Source: Octopus vulgaris
Taxonomy: Eukaryota
Assembly: GCA_951406725.2 (NCBI GenBank)
Contig: OX597815.1
Location: 173,786,001-173,850,000 of the forward strand
Length of the DNA stretch: 64,000 bases
Reading direction: 5' to 3'
The notes below the pieces were generated by a model. That model saw nothing but the letters and a program-made list of their open reading frames with translations. It ran no database searches and was not told the DNA's origin. Below are positions 50,846-63,496 of the stretch, piece after piece. Each line of letters begins with the position of its first letter. The stretch's first letter is position 1. The translations under genes and the position numbers were made by a program.

Positions 50846-53391
50846 CTATAAAAGAAAATACAACTCAATAAATATCTAGGGAAGTAGTGTGAGAATAAGT
50901 TGTATAAAAAGTAAGGTGAAAAAAAAGTTCCATGATTTTATTAGTAAATTATCAATAAAAAGAAGGAATTAATTTTTGATGAATTGAAGCACAGTTTTTT
51001 TCATAGACCTACAGAGAGTGGAGGGAATGTGCAACTAATGAAATTCTAAATAATACTAATTTTGTTTTTACTTCAGTGCAGCTGAAAAGGAGATGAAATC
51101 AATTTTTAATGAAACAGAAACACAAATAAAAAAAATAAATGCACCACTTCTACATAAACAGGTTTTAATATAGTCTTGAGACAGTTAAATCAAATACTTA
51201 GAAAATTTCATATTGTTAAGAAAATCAACTATTTTAATGTGAGTTAAACCAGTGGATGTTCCAAAGCCTAAAAGTTTATTGGCTATAACATCAAAAGTAT
51301 TTTAAAGAACAACAGAGCATATATTTAAAAATACTAATATTTAATCTGACTAATTTTTCACTGGCTTTTGCACTTATGAACTAAAATGTTTTATGGGCAC
51401 AATACTTTTTGACTACTTCAAATTGAATTTCTAAATGACCAAATATTTAGTAAAGAAAGAGGATAATTTTGATAGGCAAACACTAATAACAATGACTGTT
51501 AAAGTAGTTTACTCCAAGTCATAAAATTTTGACTGTATAACATGCATATTAGGAATTAGAAAACAATATGCTAACTAAATCCTACAACTTGTAAAACTCT
51601 TGACAATAGTTTGGCTATTTTTTCTGTTGTATAAGGAAAGTGTGAGGTGCAGGCTGAGTTGCATTGATCTTGAATGAGAGAGGTAAGGTAGAAGTTAAGT
51701 GAAAGAATCTAAATATTTCATAATATATTATGATAGATGCTGTGTACATACATACATAAATAAAGACAGATACATGTATACATGCATACATGTGTGCACC
51801 AATACACATAGGTAACTTTTTAAATGCTGAGGAGGGGAAAGGAAGGTGGGTGTAAGGAATAAGTAGCTTTAAGGAGAGAGGGGTTTGCTAAGTTGACAAC
51901 AGCTGTTCACATGCAGCGTTTCTTCTGTCCATCACAAAGAAACACACATACACACAAACTCATGTCTACTATATAAATGAGTGTGTGTATTATGGAAAGG
52001 TTCTGAAACAGTACACCCAAGAGAAAAGGGATTTGATTTTCGAAATCTGAGTCCCAAGATTATTAGTAATCAAAAAATATAATTTGCTATGAGAAATAAC
52101 TCAACTTCCAGAATGTCTTTAGAAGACACTATCTTCAACTCATGATTACCTGAGTGTGTGTGTGTTTGTATATGCGTGTGTCACATCTTATAATTGTCTA
52201 TCTACCTCTCTTAGGTATTCTGTTGCCATCACAGATTTTGAAATTTAAAAAATCAAGTGAAAATTTTCAAATTTGGTTATTAATATAATTTTTCACGCTG
52301 AATCTGATTTTATTATTTGTTTCAGAAGAAAAATGCTACAGAGGTTTAAATTTGGATCATTTTTATCTAATTAGAAAACAGGATTTGGAAGCTGGCATTA
52401 TCTGCATGATAGCTGTTTATCACAAAATGAAAGCAAAAGCATTATGATGAATTTTTATTAAACAAACTGAAAACAAAATGATATAATGCTGAAAGTTATA
52501 GGAAGTTTTGAAATTTTGATAAGTTTTAATGAATAAAGTCATGTGAAATGGTTGAATAGGCATGTAAATAATTTAAAAAAGAAAAAAATCCTCAATGAAA
52601 TATTTTGCGATAAATTACACAAATCCATCCTGATCAAGAGGTACATCCATTGGGAAAGGCATGGTCTGACATGGAATAAAAAAATTTATATGAAGGCATT
52701 CTATTGTAAAAATTACCTGGTAACAATAGGTTACTCAGTTTCTAATAAAATCTTTTAACAGAATCAAAACACTGATACACTGGAAGAAGGGAACAGAATA
52801 CACTTTTATAATATTTATATTTGATCAGAAATAAAAACCTTTCAATATATTAAATTTCATTTAAACTGATTAAGGTACAGTTTTAGGTCAAGAAAAATAT
52901 TTTATGTTCATATCTAAATCTTATTTTATACTGTAGACTGCTTATAAAGGAAAACCATTTGAAACAGCTAAGAATCTAAAAAATGAATTATTTAGTTGGA
53001 AAGACTGGTATGAGTAAATATCAATTTGCATACCTTATTATATAGTTTCACATACTACGAAATTTCATTTCACATAGTTGTAAAACAAAATTGTATTATA
53101 GACTAACTTAGTCTATAATAGTCTATAATTAAGTTAAGTTACTGATGATGATGAAATGAGTACTGATAGTGGCAAAGATGACAATGATAATAATAAAAGC
53201 TATTAATAAGGTAAGCTTTATAATTTGTAAGAAGCTGGAAGAAAAAAATCTCTAAAATTTGAGCTATAGACTCAGTTTCTTACATTAAATCGCAAAACAA
53301 AATCTATATTGTAACTGAGATAATATCTATAGGTTAGTTTTGGCTAACTTGTATGAAATTATGCTCAGTAGAAGAGATGACAGTTCCTTAA

Positions 53392-53605
53392 TCCTTTCAT
53401 TACCAACCTGGCTGAAACTGGCTCTGAGTATAAATGACTTGTTTTCATAAGTTCTGAATTAAAATCTTCCACCAAACCTTAGTTACAATTTATGTTCCTA
53501 ACACTAGCTGAATAATTACTAAGTTATTTTACTAAATTCTTTGTTATATTTGAAGTAATTGAAAGAAACAGAAAGCATCTCAAATTGAATACAGTAACGA
53601 AAGGG
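53392..53605. mobile_element. piggyBac-type MITE (second family, 214 bp)
   Basis: TTAA|tcctttcattac ... gtaacgaaaggg|CTAA. Confidence 0.7.
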
Positions 53606-54629
53606 CTAACTGCTCAAATTTGTCTTCAAAATGTATAATTATAGAAACGATAATGAATATGAGCAGAGTGAACACTTCATGCATAAAAAAGCAGAAGTGT
53701 GTATTGTATAGAGGGGTTTCAATAATAATAAAAACAAAATAAAAATATTAGGCAGATCATTTACACCAATGTAAAATAGTAACTATTTTAATTTTATCTC
53801 TTAATACTTTGAACAGGATTACTTTCAAGTTTTAAAAATAAAAACTTGAGAATGAAATCTATGCATTATCTAATATAAAGATGTTAGGAAACCAAGAAGC
53901 CAGTAATATAATGTATAATATGAATGAATTCTAGAAATAAATTTTGGAAAGAATAAAAGTTTTAGAATCTTTAGATCATACATGAAATGAAATTACTGTT
54001 TCATTGACAGGATGGATGTATAATGCCTCAGTCCAAAACTACAGCTGACAAATTTTATACAACCTAATTATAGAATAATAACCAAACTGCTGGATAATTA
54101 TGTGTGAATCATACAGAGATACTACTTGGCTACTGATGTTTAAATAGAAAGAAATTCTAAAAATGGATAATTCTGTCCCATTTTCTTGAGTTCATAGAAA
54201 AATGCAACAGAGATTAACTAAATAGAGAAATATTCCATAGTTATTATATTGAGTTAATGCAAAACATTCTTAAGAATGTTATAATGAAAAGATCCTACAA
54301 CAATGTGGATAAATCTCAGTCTTGTTTGGTTTGAAAAAGAAAATAAATGTTGATTATCTTTATGCACGGAGGCTTGGCTGCATAGTTAAGAAGTTTGCTT
54401 TACAACCAAGTGTTTCTGAGTTTGATCCAGTGTCTCTGCTGTATCCTGAGATCAACTAATGCTTTCAGAATAAAATTTAGCAAATGGAAACTACACGGGA
54501 GTGTGCACATGCACACATCTTTTGTCACTATATACCCGAGGAAGATGCAACAATAAGCAAAAAAACTCCTAAACCAGTGCTATCCAATAAAATATCCTGT
54601 GCAGTATTTGTTCCCACAATTCTTTGTTA

Positions 54630-55285
54630 TTGTCATCATCATCACCATATAACATTTGTGTTCTATACTGGCATGGGTTGGGTAGTTCAATAGGATCTGT
54701 CTAACCTGAAAACTGTGTTAGTCTTCAGTGTTTGTTTTGGCAAGGTTTATAAAGCTGGATGCTCTTCCTAATGCCAACCACTTTATTTCTGAAAAGTTTG
54801 TTGCAATTCTTCTAAATGTATTATAGAGGAAAAAATCTCTTCTGATACTGTTTCATTCAGGTTCTTCACCGAATTTGGAAAACCACTGATGGTACAAGTA
54901 TTTTACCATGATTGAGGGGTATTGAGAAACCTTTTAGCTTTGCCAACAGTTTAAGTTTATTTTACACATTTAAAAGTTTGTCACTTCAAAGCTAGGAGCA
55001 TAAACAATAATGTGGGAGTTTTTATGTAATCACTGACCAGCTATAAACAGTAGCCAAACCTCCCTCAAATCCTACAGTCTCAAAAATGGGTAAAAAACAT
55101 ATTAGATAATGTAATCATCATCATTTAACGTCCATTATCCATGCTGGCATGGATCGGATGGTTTGACTAGGGCTGGAAAGCTGGAAGGCTGCACCAGATT
55201 CCAGTCTATTTTGGCATGGTTTCTACAGCTGGATGGCCTTCCTAACACCAACCACTCCAAGAGAGTAATGTGTGCTTTTATGTCT
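54630..55285 (-). mobile_element. Two SINE family C copies (about 54630-54782 and 55113-55285)
   Basis: catcatcatc...ggcatgggttgg...gctggatgctcttcctaatgccaaccac and catcatcatttaacgtcc...ttctacagctggatggccttcctaacacc. Confidence 0.75.
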
Positions 55286-55928
55286 CAGATATGAAATTCC
55301 AAGTGAAAATTTTTCCTAAAGAGAAAGCTCTTGCACCTATATACATGGACTCTGGTTAAAGCATTTGACATTGCATCACTTCAAATCAATTATGTAACAG
55401 AATGTTAAGAGAAACAATTACCCAGATAAATAACCAAGACAAAAAGCATCAGTCTTTTTAGAATTACATGCCCATAATAACCTTTTATCTTTCACTTGTT
55501 TCTGTCATAATGGGGCACCACCTTGAAAGGCTTTAGCTGAACGACCCAACCTCAGTCTTATTATTTTAAAACTTGGTACTTATTCTAACAGTTGCTTTTG
55601 CTGAACTGCTATATTATGGAAACATAAACTAACACTGGTTATCAAGAAGTGGTGAGGAACAAACACAATCACAAAGACACACTCACACACACAACATTTT
55701 TTAAGTTAACAATGCAATCGAAGATTAAAAAGTAGGAAAATAGGTAATGGGTATATATGCATATTTTGAGGATAATTGTCCTCACATCAGCACTTTATCC
55801 AACCTACCAATTATCCATGAACACAGTTTAAATACTCAATAGGTTTAATGGTGTAACATAACCGGATAGACCATTTTGCATATTAAACACATTCCTGACA
55901 ACTGGTATGTATATTTAATGGTTTGCAA

Positions 55929-56631
55929 GGCAACAGTAAATCATTTTGTTGCCATAATACACTAGTAAGTATACTATAGGTTTATTAAGTCAATACTGTG
56001 TCCTACTATGTTTTAATGGTGCTTTAATTTCATTTTTAAGGAAATCTGTATAGATTTTCTATAGAATTCAGAGTCATTACTGTAAGTTGCAATGCTTCAT
56101 TATCAAATACATTTATGTAAAAAATGTAATCAAAGATAGAAAAATAGGTAATGGATGTATATGCACATCTCAATGACTACTGTCCTCTCATTAGCACCTC
56201 ATTGAACCTACCAACTATCCATGAACACATTCTTTAAATATCCATTAAGCTTAATGGTGTAACATAATTGGATAGGCCAATTTGCATATTAAACATATTT
56301 CTGGTAACAAGGCAAACAGTATTTCTTTGATTACCCCTAAAACACTATTAAGATGAATGAGGTACTGATAAGAGCACAATAATCCTTGAAATAAGAATAT
56401 ACACCCATTATCTATTTTTCTGTCTTTGATTGCATTGTTTACTTTGGTATATTTGTTTATGAAACATCCTAATTTACATACTGGCTCTGAATTCTATAGG
56501 AAATTTAGAAACATCACCTGAAAAATGAAATTAAATCACTGTTAACACACAATAGGACACAGAGTTGACTTAATAAACCTATAATATACTTATCAAGGTA
56601 TAATGGTGATAAAACAAAATGTTGCATTGCC
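55929..56631. repeat. Fold-back element: ~275-bp imperfect inverted arms, ~150-bp spacer, plus partial direct copy at ~55706-55900
   Basis: taagtatactataggtttattaagtcaatactgtgtccta pairs with taggacacagagttgacttaataaacctataatatactta. ctatagaattcagag pairs with ctctgaattctatag. aatcaaagatagaaaaataggtaatgg pairs with ccattatctatttttctgtctttgatt. Confidence 0.88.
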
Positions 56632-56644
56632 AGTGTTTATGCAT

Positions 56645-56800
56645 ATGTCAGGCATCTTTCAATTTCCATCCACCAAATTCACTCACAAAGCTTTGAGTGG
56701 CCCAGGATTATAGTGCAAGACACTTGTCCAAGCTACAATGCCATGAGACTGGACCCACATGGCTAGAAAGCTAACTTCTTACCACATAGCCATGCCAGTG
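56645..56800 (-). mobile_element. SINE family A head, inverted
   Basis: tttccatccaccaaattcactcacaaagcttt...aagacacttg...cttaccacatagccatgcc. Confidence 0.7.
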
Positions 56801-57761
56801 CCAGTAGAAATTCCTAACTGATATCTTCACGATTATATCATGGCTATCTTTAAAAAGAAATATGCTTTAGCCAATTGAATATAAAGGAGAAAAGAAAAGA
56901 ACTAAGTACTTAATACTATCAACTAATTAACAATTATGACATAAGAAATTGTATACATAACTAAAAATATTTGCATGACAGGTTGATTTCACCTATGATT
57001 TCACAGCTTCATACTTGAAATATCAAAACATTTAAGATGATTGGTTATGGCAGTGATTTTGCTCAACTGACATTATCAAGTATGTTGAGATGGAGAAGCA
57101 GTTTGTATGCAAATGTCAAGTCTCAGATCTGTAGTATTCAAGAAATGAATATTTCAGGCAGACTCATTTTCTTCACTTTTTATATTATTGTCTTAATTCT
57201 GTTATCAATTATCTATAAGCTGGAACTGATTATAAACTTAGCCCTGTGTTCATTTAACTATTACTGACAGACAATAATAAGGCCTTGATGAAAAACAAAA
57301 CCAAAGTTATAAATAAGGTATCTGGTCTTCTGAACTATGCTTAATCTAATGATTAAGAAGTAAACATATAAAAAGTCAAAGAATAAAACAACTAACAATT
57401 GGCAAAATAGTGATATGGAATGAAAGTATATAGAGTCATTTAGGACTTTTACAATTATAATGAATAATAGAAAGAGATAAAAAAAGAATAAAAGATATGT
57501 GTATTAAGATTCACCACTTGTAGCAAATATGGATAAAAATATAATAATGTTTCTAATTTGGACACAAGGCCAATGATTCTTGAGAGGAGGAGGTTAGTTG
57601 ATTAAATAAATCTTAACATTTGATTGGTATTTTATATTATCAATCACTAGGGGAATGAAAGGTGAAGTTGACTTGGATAGGATTTTAATTCAGAATAATA
57701 ACAATGACTTCTAACACTGGCTCAGTCAAAAATTTATGATGAGAAAACAATTGTTATATAG

Positions 57762-58262
57762 GTGCAGGCATGACTGTGTGGTAAGAAGCTTGCTTCCCAA
57801 GCACATGGTTCTAGGTTCAGTCCAACTGTGTGGCACCTTCGGCAAAAGTCTTCTAGTGTAGACTCAAGCCAACCAAAGCCTTGTGAGTGGATCTGGTAGA
57901 CAGAAACTGAAAGAAGCCCATCACATATGTGCTGTCGGCACGTAAAAAGCACCGACTACACTCTCAGAGTGGTTGTCATTATGAAGGGCATCCAGCTGTA
58001 GAAACTTTGCCAGATCAGATTGGAACCTGGTGCAGCCTTCTGGCTTCCCAGCCCTCAGTCAAACCAGCCAACCCATACCAGCATGGAAAACGGATGTTAA
58101 ACGACGACAATATTTATGTATTTATGTGTGTGTGTGTGTGTGTGTGTCATCACCATCACTTGACAACCAATGTTGGTGGGTTTACGTCCCCATAACTTAG
58201 TGGTTTGGCAACAGAGACTGATAGAATAAACACTAGTCTTACAAAAATTAAGTCCTGGGGTT
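57762..58262 (+). mobile_element. SINE family A with a family C 3' segment (about 57930-58110) inside it
   Basis: A head to ...aaactgaaagaagccc, then ggcacgtaaaaagcacc...gttaaacgacgac, then (TG)n and the A tail. Confidence 0.75.
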
Positions 58263-58275
58263 TAAAATAGTAAAA

Positions 58276-58326
<51 letters not shown>

Positions 58327-58484
58327 CACACACATACATATATATAGTTAAATAAGTTTCGAGTAAAAACCTTGTAGTATGCTATGCAAAGCTAAATCGC
58401 AGTTATTGGCTACCTGATGTCATCATAAAATGAAAATGCTCTTGCTACTTTATATACATCAGAAATTCCACAGTATCCATAAAT

Positions 58485-58875
58485 AGATAAATGATAAATG
58501 ACAGATGATATACTTGGTTTAAAATCACAACATTTGTTATGGCACATTTTTGCACATGTACATTGGTGAGATGTCATGTAATCATTATCATCCAACCAAG
58601 ACGTAAAATGCACTTCCTCACATAATTGTTTAAATAAGTCCTTTGTAAATCCTACAGTCATTTCACTCAAAGTGAGAATGGCAGTCTTACACTGAGTGAA
58701 AGGATTTTACAAAGGACTTATTTGAATCATCATCTCATGGAGCACATTTTACACCTTGGGTAGATGGATGGTAATGATTACACAACATCACACCAAGATA
58801 CAAGTGTAAAAAGTGCAGAAACAATAGTGATTTTAAATAAAGAATATAGATGATTCCATTTTCTATCATTTATCT
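58485..58875. repeat. Fold-back (MITE-like) palindrome, ~190-bp imperfect arms, very short loop near 58681
   Basis: aaataagtcctttgtaaa pairs with tttacaaaggacttattt, ttcactca with tgagtgaa, tgtaatcattatcatcca with tggatggtaatgattaca, tttaaaatcac with gtgattttaaa and agataaatgata with tatcatttatct. Confidence 0.88.
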
Positions 58876-58881
58876 TTCTCT

Positions 58882-59065
58882 CACCAGGCTCCAGTCTTAT
58901 CTGGCAATGTTTCTACAGCTGGCGTTAGGAAGGGCATCCAGCTGTAGAAACATTGCCAGATAAGACTGGAGCCTGGTGCAGCCTTCTGGCTTCCCAGATC
59001 CCCGGTCGAACCGTCCAACCCATGCTAGCATGGAGAATGGACGTTAAACGATGATGATGATGATG
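58882..59065 (+). mobile_element. Young 5'-truncated SINE family C with perfect 41-bp inverted duplication at its 5' end
   Basis: 58882-58922 is the exact reverse complement of 58938-58978. Tail acgttaaacgatgatgatgatgatg. Confidence 0.9.
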
Positions 59066-59262
59066 TACACACACACAAATATACAAAATTTCCAACTTTT
59101 ATCTTTATATGCACTTCACAATTTGTAGCTGAGAATAATGCTCAATCTGCTGGTACTTTGAGCCTGACTTGTGTTCTAAGATATTAAATTTCCTTTTTAT
59201 AAACCAGTGCTGATAGAATACAATGATGTAAAATATAACTGCATTTATATTCTTTGAAAAGT

Positions 59263-59848
59263 TGTGGCTGTGTGGTAAGAAGTTTGCTTCCCAACCACAT
59301 GGTTCTGGGTTCAGTCACACTGCGTGGCACCTTGGGTGAGTGTCTTCTACTATAGCCTTGGGCAGACTTGTGAGTGAATTTGGTAGACAGAAACTGAAAG
59401 AAGTGGTGAGCTGGAAGAAACATTAGCACGTCAGACGAAATGCTTAGCAGTATTTCATCTACTGTTAAGTTCTGAGTTCAAATTCCACCAGGGTCGACTT
59501 TGCCTTACACACTGGGGTCAATGTGATCAAATTAATCCCTTTGTCTGTCCTTGTTTGTCCCCTCTACATTTAGCCCCTTGTGGGCAATAAAGAAATAAGG
59601 AACTGAAAGAAGACTGTTGTATGTGTGTGCATGTGCATGTATACTCGTATGTCTGTGTTTGTCCCCCTACCATCGCTTGACAACTGATGTTGGTGTGTTT
59701 ACAACCCTGTAACTTAGCAGTTTGGCAAAAGAGACTGATGGAATAAGTACAAGGTTTACAAAGAATAAGACCTGGGGTTGATTTCTTTGACTAAAGGCAG
59801 TGCTCCAGCATGGCCACAGTCAAATGACTGAAACAAGTAAAAGAATAA
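59263..59848 (+). mobile_element. SINE family A carrying a nested family B copy (59404-59600) with 12-bp TSD
   Basis: AACTGAAAGAAG at 59392-59403 and 59601-59612 flanks the insert. Family A sequence resumes after it. Confidence 0.88.
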
Positions 59849-60299
59849 TCAAGAGAAATTTTTTTCCCAGTGTACAATTAGTTTCATTGAGCATAATAAT
59901 GTAAAAATCATCCAGAATATTTTATTATTAAAATTAAATAAAATTGAAAATAGTAATGTAAATATATGTACTGCAGAGAGTGAAAAAAAAAATCAGGCAT
60001 ACAGCATCTCCAATGAAAGTTTAGTATAGTAGTAGTAAAATGTAGTATATGCTACGAACCCAGCATTTCTAAGACTTGCTCCCACTTTATGTGCAAAGAC
60101 TTTTTGGAAAATAATATATTATTCAAGTATGTATTCTATTATCTGTATTAAAAAAATATTAAGGTATGTAAATCATATTATGCACCAAGATATTGCTTCT
60201 AATTTTTACTATACAAAGTAAAGGCAATTCTAACAACAGGAACAACAGGTACAAAGATCTGCAAGAAAGGCTTAAATAACTGAATCAGCTTTTAGAATG

Positions 60300-60620
60300 C
60301 ATCACATGTTGCCCTTTCACTGACTTTAGGCAGACAATGTGCTGTAGAATTTTTAAAGAAGTAGCATTTTCCTTTGGTTTTATTCGAAGTCTGCACAATC
60401 TGTCTGTTTCTACATATCAGTAGGGTTTCCTTTCAACTGCATTATCCAATGGGAGCTCTCATCTAACAGATATGAAGAGATTGTTCAACACTAGGTAGTC
60501 AGCCAGGCCTGATGCTTTCAAAAACATTCTTGAGCTTTCAGATTTACAGGAAATGTAGATTGCTTTCAACAATAGGCTACGGTGAGTCCAAGTTCCATGG
60601 CCATTCTGAATATTGATAAC
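60300..60620 (-). mobile_element. RTE (BovB-like) fragment
   Basis: Minus strand MELGLTV (FGLTI-like), a YLG..IS remnant and LRIKxK remnant. Confidence 0.5.
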
Positions 60621-60949
60621 TTAACCCCACAAATAACTATTTTTATTATCAGTATTCTTATTACCACCTTCAAATTGCATGCTCTAAAGCACAATAGCAT
60701 CTTTCTCTTTTTCTCTTTAACAGTATATATATCAAGTATGGAAACACACACCATATCTTCAGCTAGCATCCTGCCTACCATCTACCTGCTTATTTCTCTT
60801 AAATATTCAAGCTCTGTGTAATAACGAAAAACTTAATGGCTGTTTTCCAAGGTTTATTCAACTCAATTGTTTAGTTACAGGTGATTGTGTTATCTATATG
60901 GTTACCTAGACTACTTCCGCTTGTTAAATACAGAGACTTACACATACAT

Positions 60950-62480
60950 ACATTAAATAATAGTAATATTACACTCTTTCCTCTTAGAAACAATTTTATG
61001 GGATACTCCCACCCATGATTAGGAGATTTGGATACAAAACCGGATCTCCTAAGTTCCTGTGGAGTTGCTGTTTCATCCCCTTCCACATGATTGCATGTTA
61101 TACCTTCTTTATCACTTGGGTCTTATACCATCAGGTTTATATTTTGTTCCACAAAAGAGAGGTGGAGATTGTATGGTGTTCATGACAAGGTAACAAATCA
61201 TGAACAGAAACAGTAGATGCCTGCCCATCTAGACACCCGATTCTTGTGTAAGTTGGATTACTGTCAAGCAGTTTAACTTGATTTACTAATGGTTCATTTT
61301 TATTGGTCCACATGAACTTTCAGAGGAGTACTAGTCATTAACCAAGATGGCATTGAATTTCCAGAGGAAGAATGGCATTGAAATGCAAAGAAAAATTCAT
61401 GGAGTGTAGCACTTGTTGTTGTAGACAATAGTGATCTTTAGAAGAGTAGTACCTGAAAAAGCACTAATTCCCAATACTTCTCTAAAGGTACCTCCATATA
61501 GTACTTTTGAATCTTTCTGCTTGTCCATTCCCAATTGAGTGATACAGTATAGTATGAATTGATGCAAGTCTCTTCTGGAAGAGATAATCCTGTAAATCTT
61601 TATACATGAAGAAAATGCCTTGATCAGAGTGTTTAATTTGGCATTCCACAAAAGTTGAACAAGAGACCTGAACATCTGATCACTTTTGCTGTATGCATGT
61701 TGGAACAAAAATAAACAAATGGGAAATATAAGTGTTCATTAACTATCATAAGTAAATATGAATTATATGAAATAGTAGGGCAAGATCCTTTAAAGTCTAA
61801 ACTAAGCTTTTCCACATGTCATGTTGCTTTGATAAGAGTACTGGAGGATGATGAACAGAGGTCTTACTTCAGCACAGACCAAGTCTTTCTCACATCTTCT
61901 ACAGAGAAGAGGAGATTCATTGCTGTTACAAAATGTAGTAACCAACATATACACAGATGATGTACTCCATTGTGGATGTCATCAAACATGGAGATGTTTG
62001 ATGACACAAGTAAATGTGTCAGGAGCCATATTCTCACTACCAGGACAATATTACATTGTATATCTAAATTCTGCAAGTTCTAGTCCCCATTCTTGAATTT
62101 TAGTCTTCTTTATCTTTGTATACCTTCTATTGTCAAACATAAAGGCCACTGACTTTTCGTCAGTAACTGTGGCAAAGTGGCATCATACCAGATAATGGCT
62201 TGATTTTTGCACTGTTGCTTGTCTCTACAATGTGGAAGTACAAATCGCTTCCTTACAGCACCCTTGACATAAACACTACAGGCCATCCTCCTTGGTTAAA
62301 GACAGTAAATACAGCAATACCCGATGTATCACACTTTATCTCAAAGAGTAAGCTTTCATCCACTAAATGCAGGGTGGTTACTTCCAATTCCCTCTTTAAC
62401 AAGTTAAAGGCTCTCAGAGCCTACTTTCCTAATAGGAACTTTTTTGTGTTTGTCAACAGTTGATTTTAGCAGAGAACCCA
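60950..62480 (-). mobile_element. Decayed Ty3/Gypsy pol fragment (RNase H + integrase), third lineage
   Basis: ALRAFNLLKRE..FEIKCDTSGIAV..NQGGWPVVFMSR, HFATVTDEKSVAFMFD, WGLELAEFRY..CPGSENMAPDT and EKLSLDFKG..YLLMIVNEH..FPF..LFNFCGMP (ORF 61633..61815). Confidence 0.85.
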
Positions 62481-63496
62481 TGAATCCACTCGGCATAATA
62501 TCAATACATCTTCAGTGCCTGTCTTAAGGATTGTAAATTTTCTGGAGTTGGAAGTTCTTGTAGTGGATGGAACCTCTACAGATGTGGCCTAATGATGTCA
62601 TTCCTCAAAGTATTCATCCATCCATCTTTTCTGCTACTATTCCTCCACAAGGTTCTATCAGTAGCAACCACCATTAGATTTCTTGGCTGGATTCCCAAGT
62701 GCATTCAGCTGAGGTGATGGATATTATCCAACAAACTCATTCTTGATCTACTCCTAGATCTCCTACCGGTTGGCAATTATTACCAGTGATATTCTAATCA
62801 CATGTCTGTAGTACTAGAGCTGTGACATTAATAAAATTCATAGAATTCATTTTTTTTAGTTGAGTGTCAGATGTCTCTGATTGATGACTTCTAGAAATTC
62901 CTTTACATTTTGGTCATGCTTCACCTGTCTGGTAATAATCATATTGTTAAAATAAGGGAAGGCACAATGCAACTTTTCCTTTCTCACTACAATAGCCATA
63001 GCTCAGCTCATTAAAAAGCAGTTCTCCCATTTGCAACTCTAAATGACATCCTAAAAAAAATTTGGTTGTTTTCCAAGCCTTTTTCAATTCAGTTGGAGCT
63101 GTATGTGTTAACTGTACGGTCATTGACACTACTTCTGGTTGTGCCATTCAGTTCCAGTAGTAAGTATGGAAATTCAAATGCATGTATATTAAATAACAGT
63201 AACGTTGCACTCAGAAAGGTTGTTGAGCCCCCTACAAGGAACAAGTGCATATTACATTAATGCACAGTTTACAAATCTGGAATGATAAAATTGCTAAATA
63301 CTAACATTTTAAATGTTCTTCTCAGTGTAAAACAGCTAAAGCAGTTATCAAAAAAAAAAAAAATACACATCCTTTTCTCTCTCTGTATACCCACACACAT
63401 GTAAATGTATATATGTCTATGTATGTATGCATATCTGAGTATCTTAAATTTTATACAATAACTATCAAAACCATGCCAGCATGGATATTAAATAAC

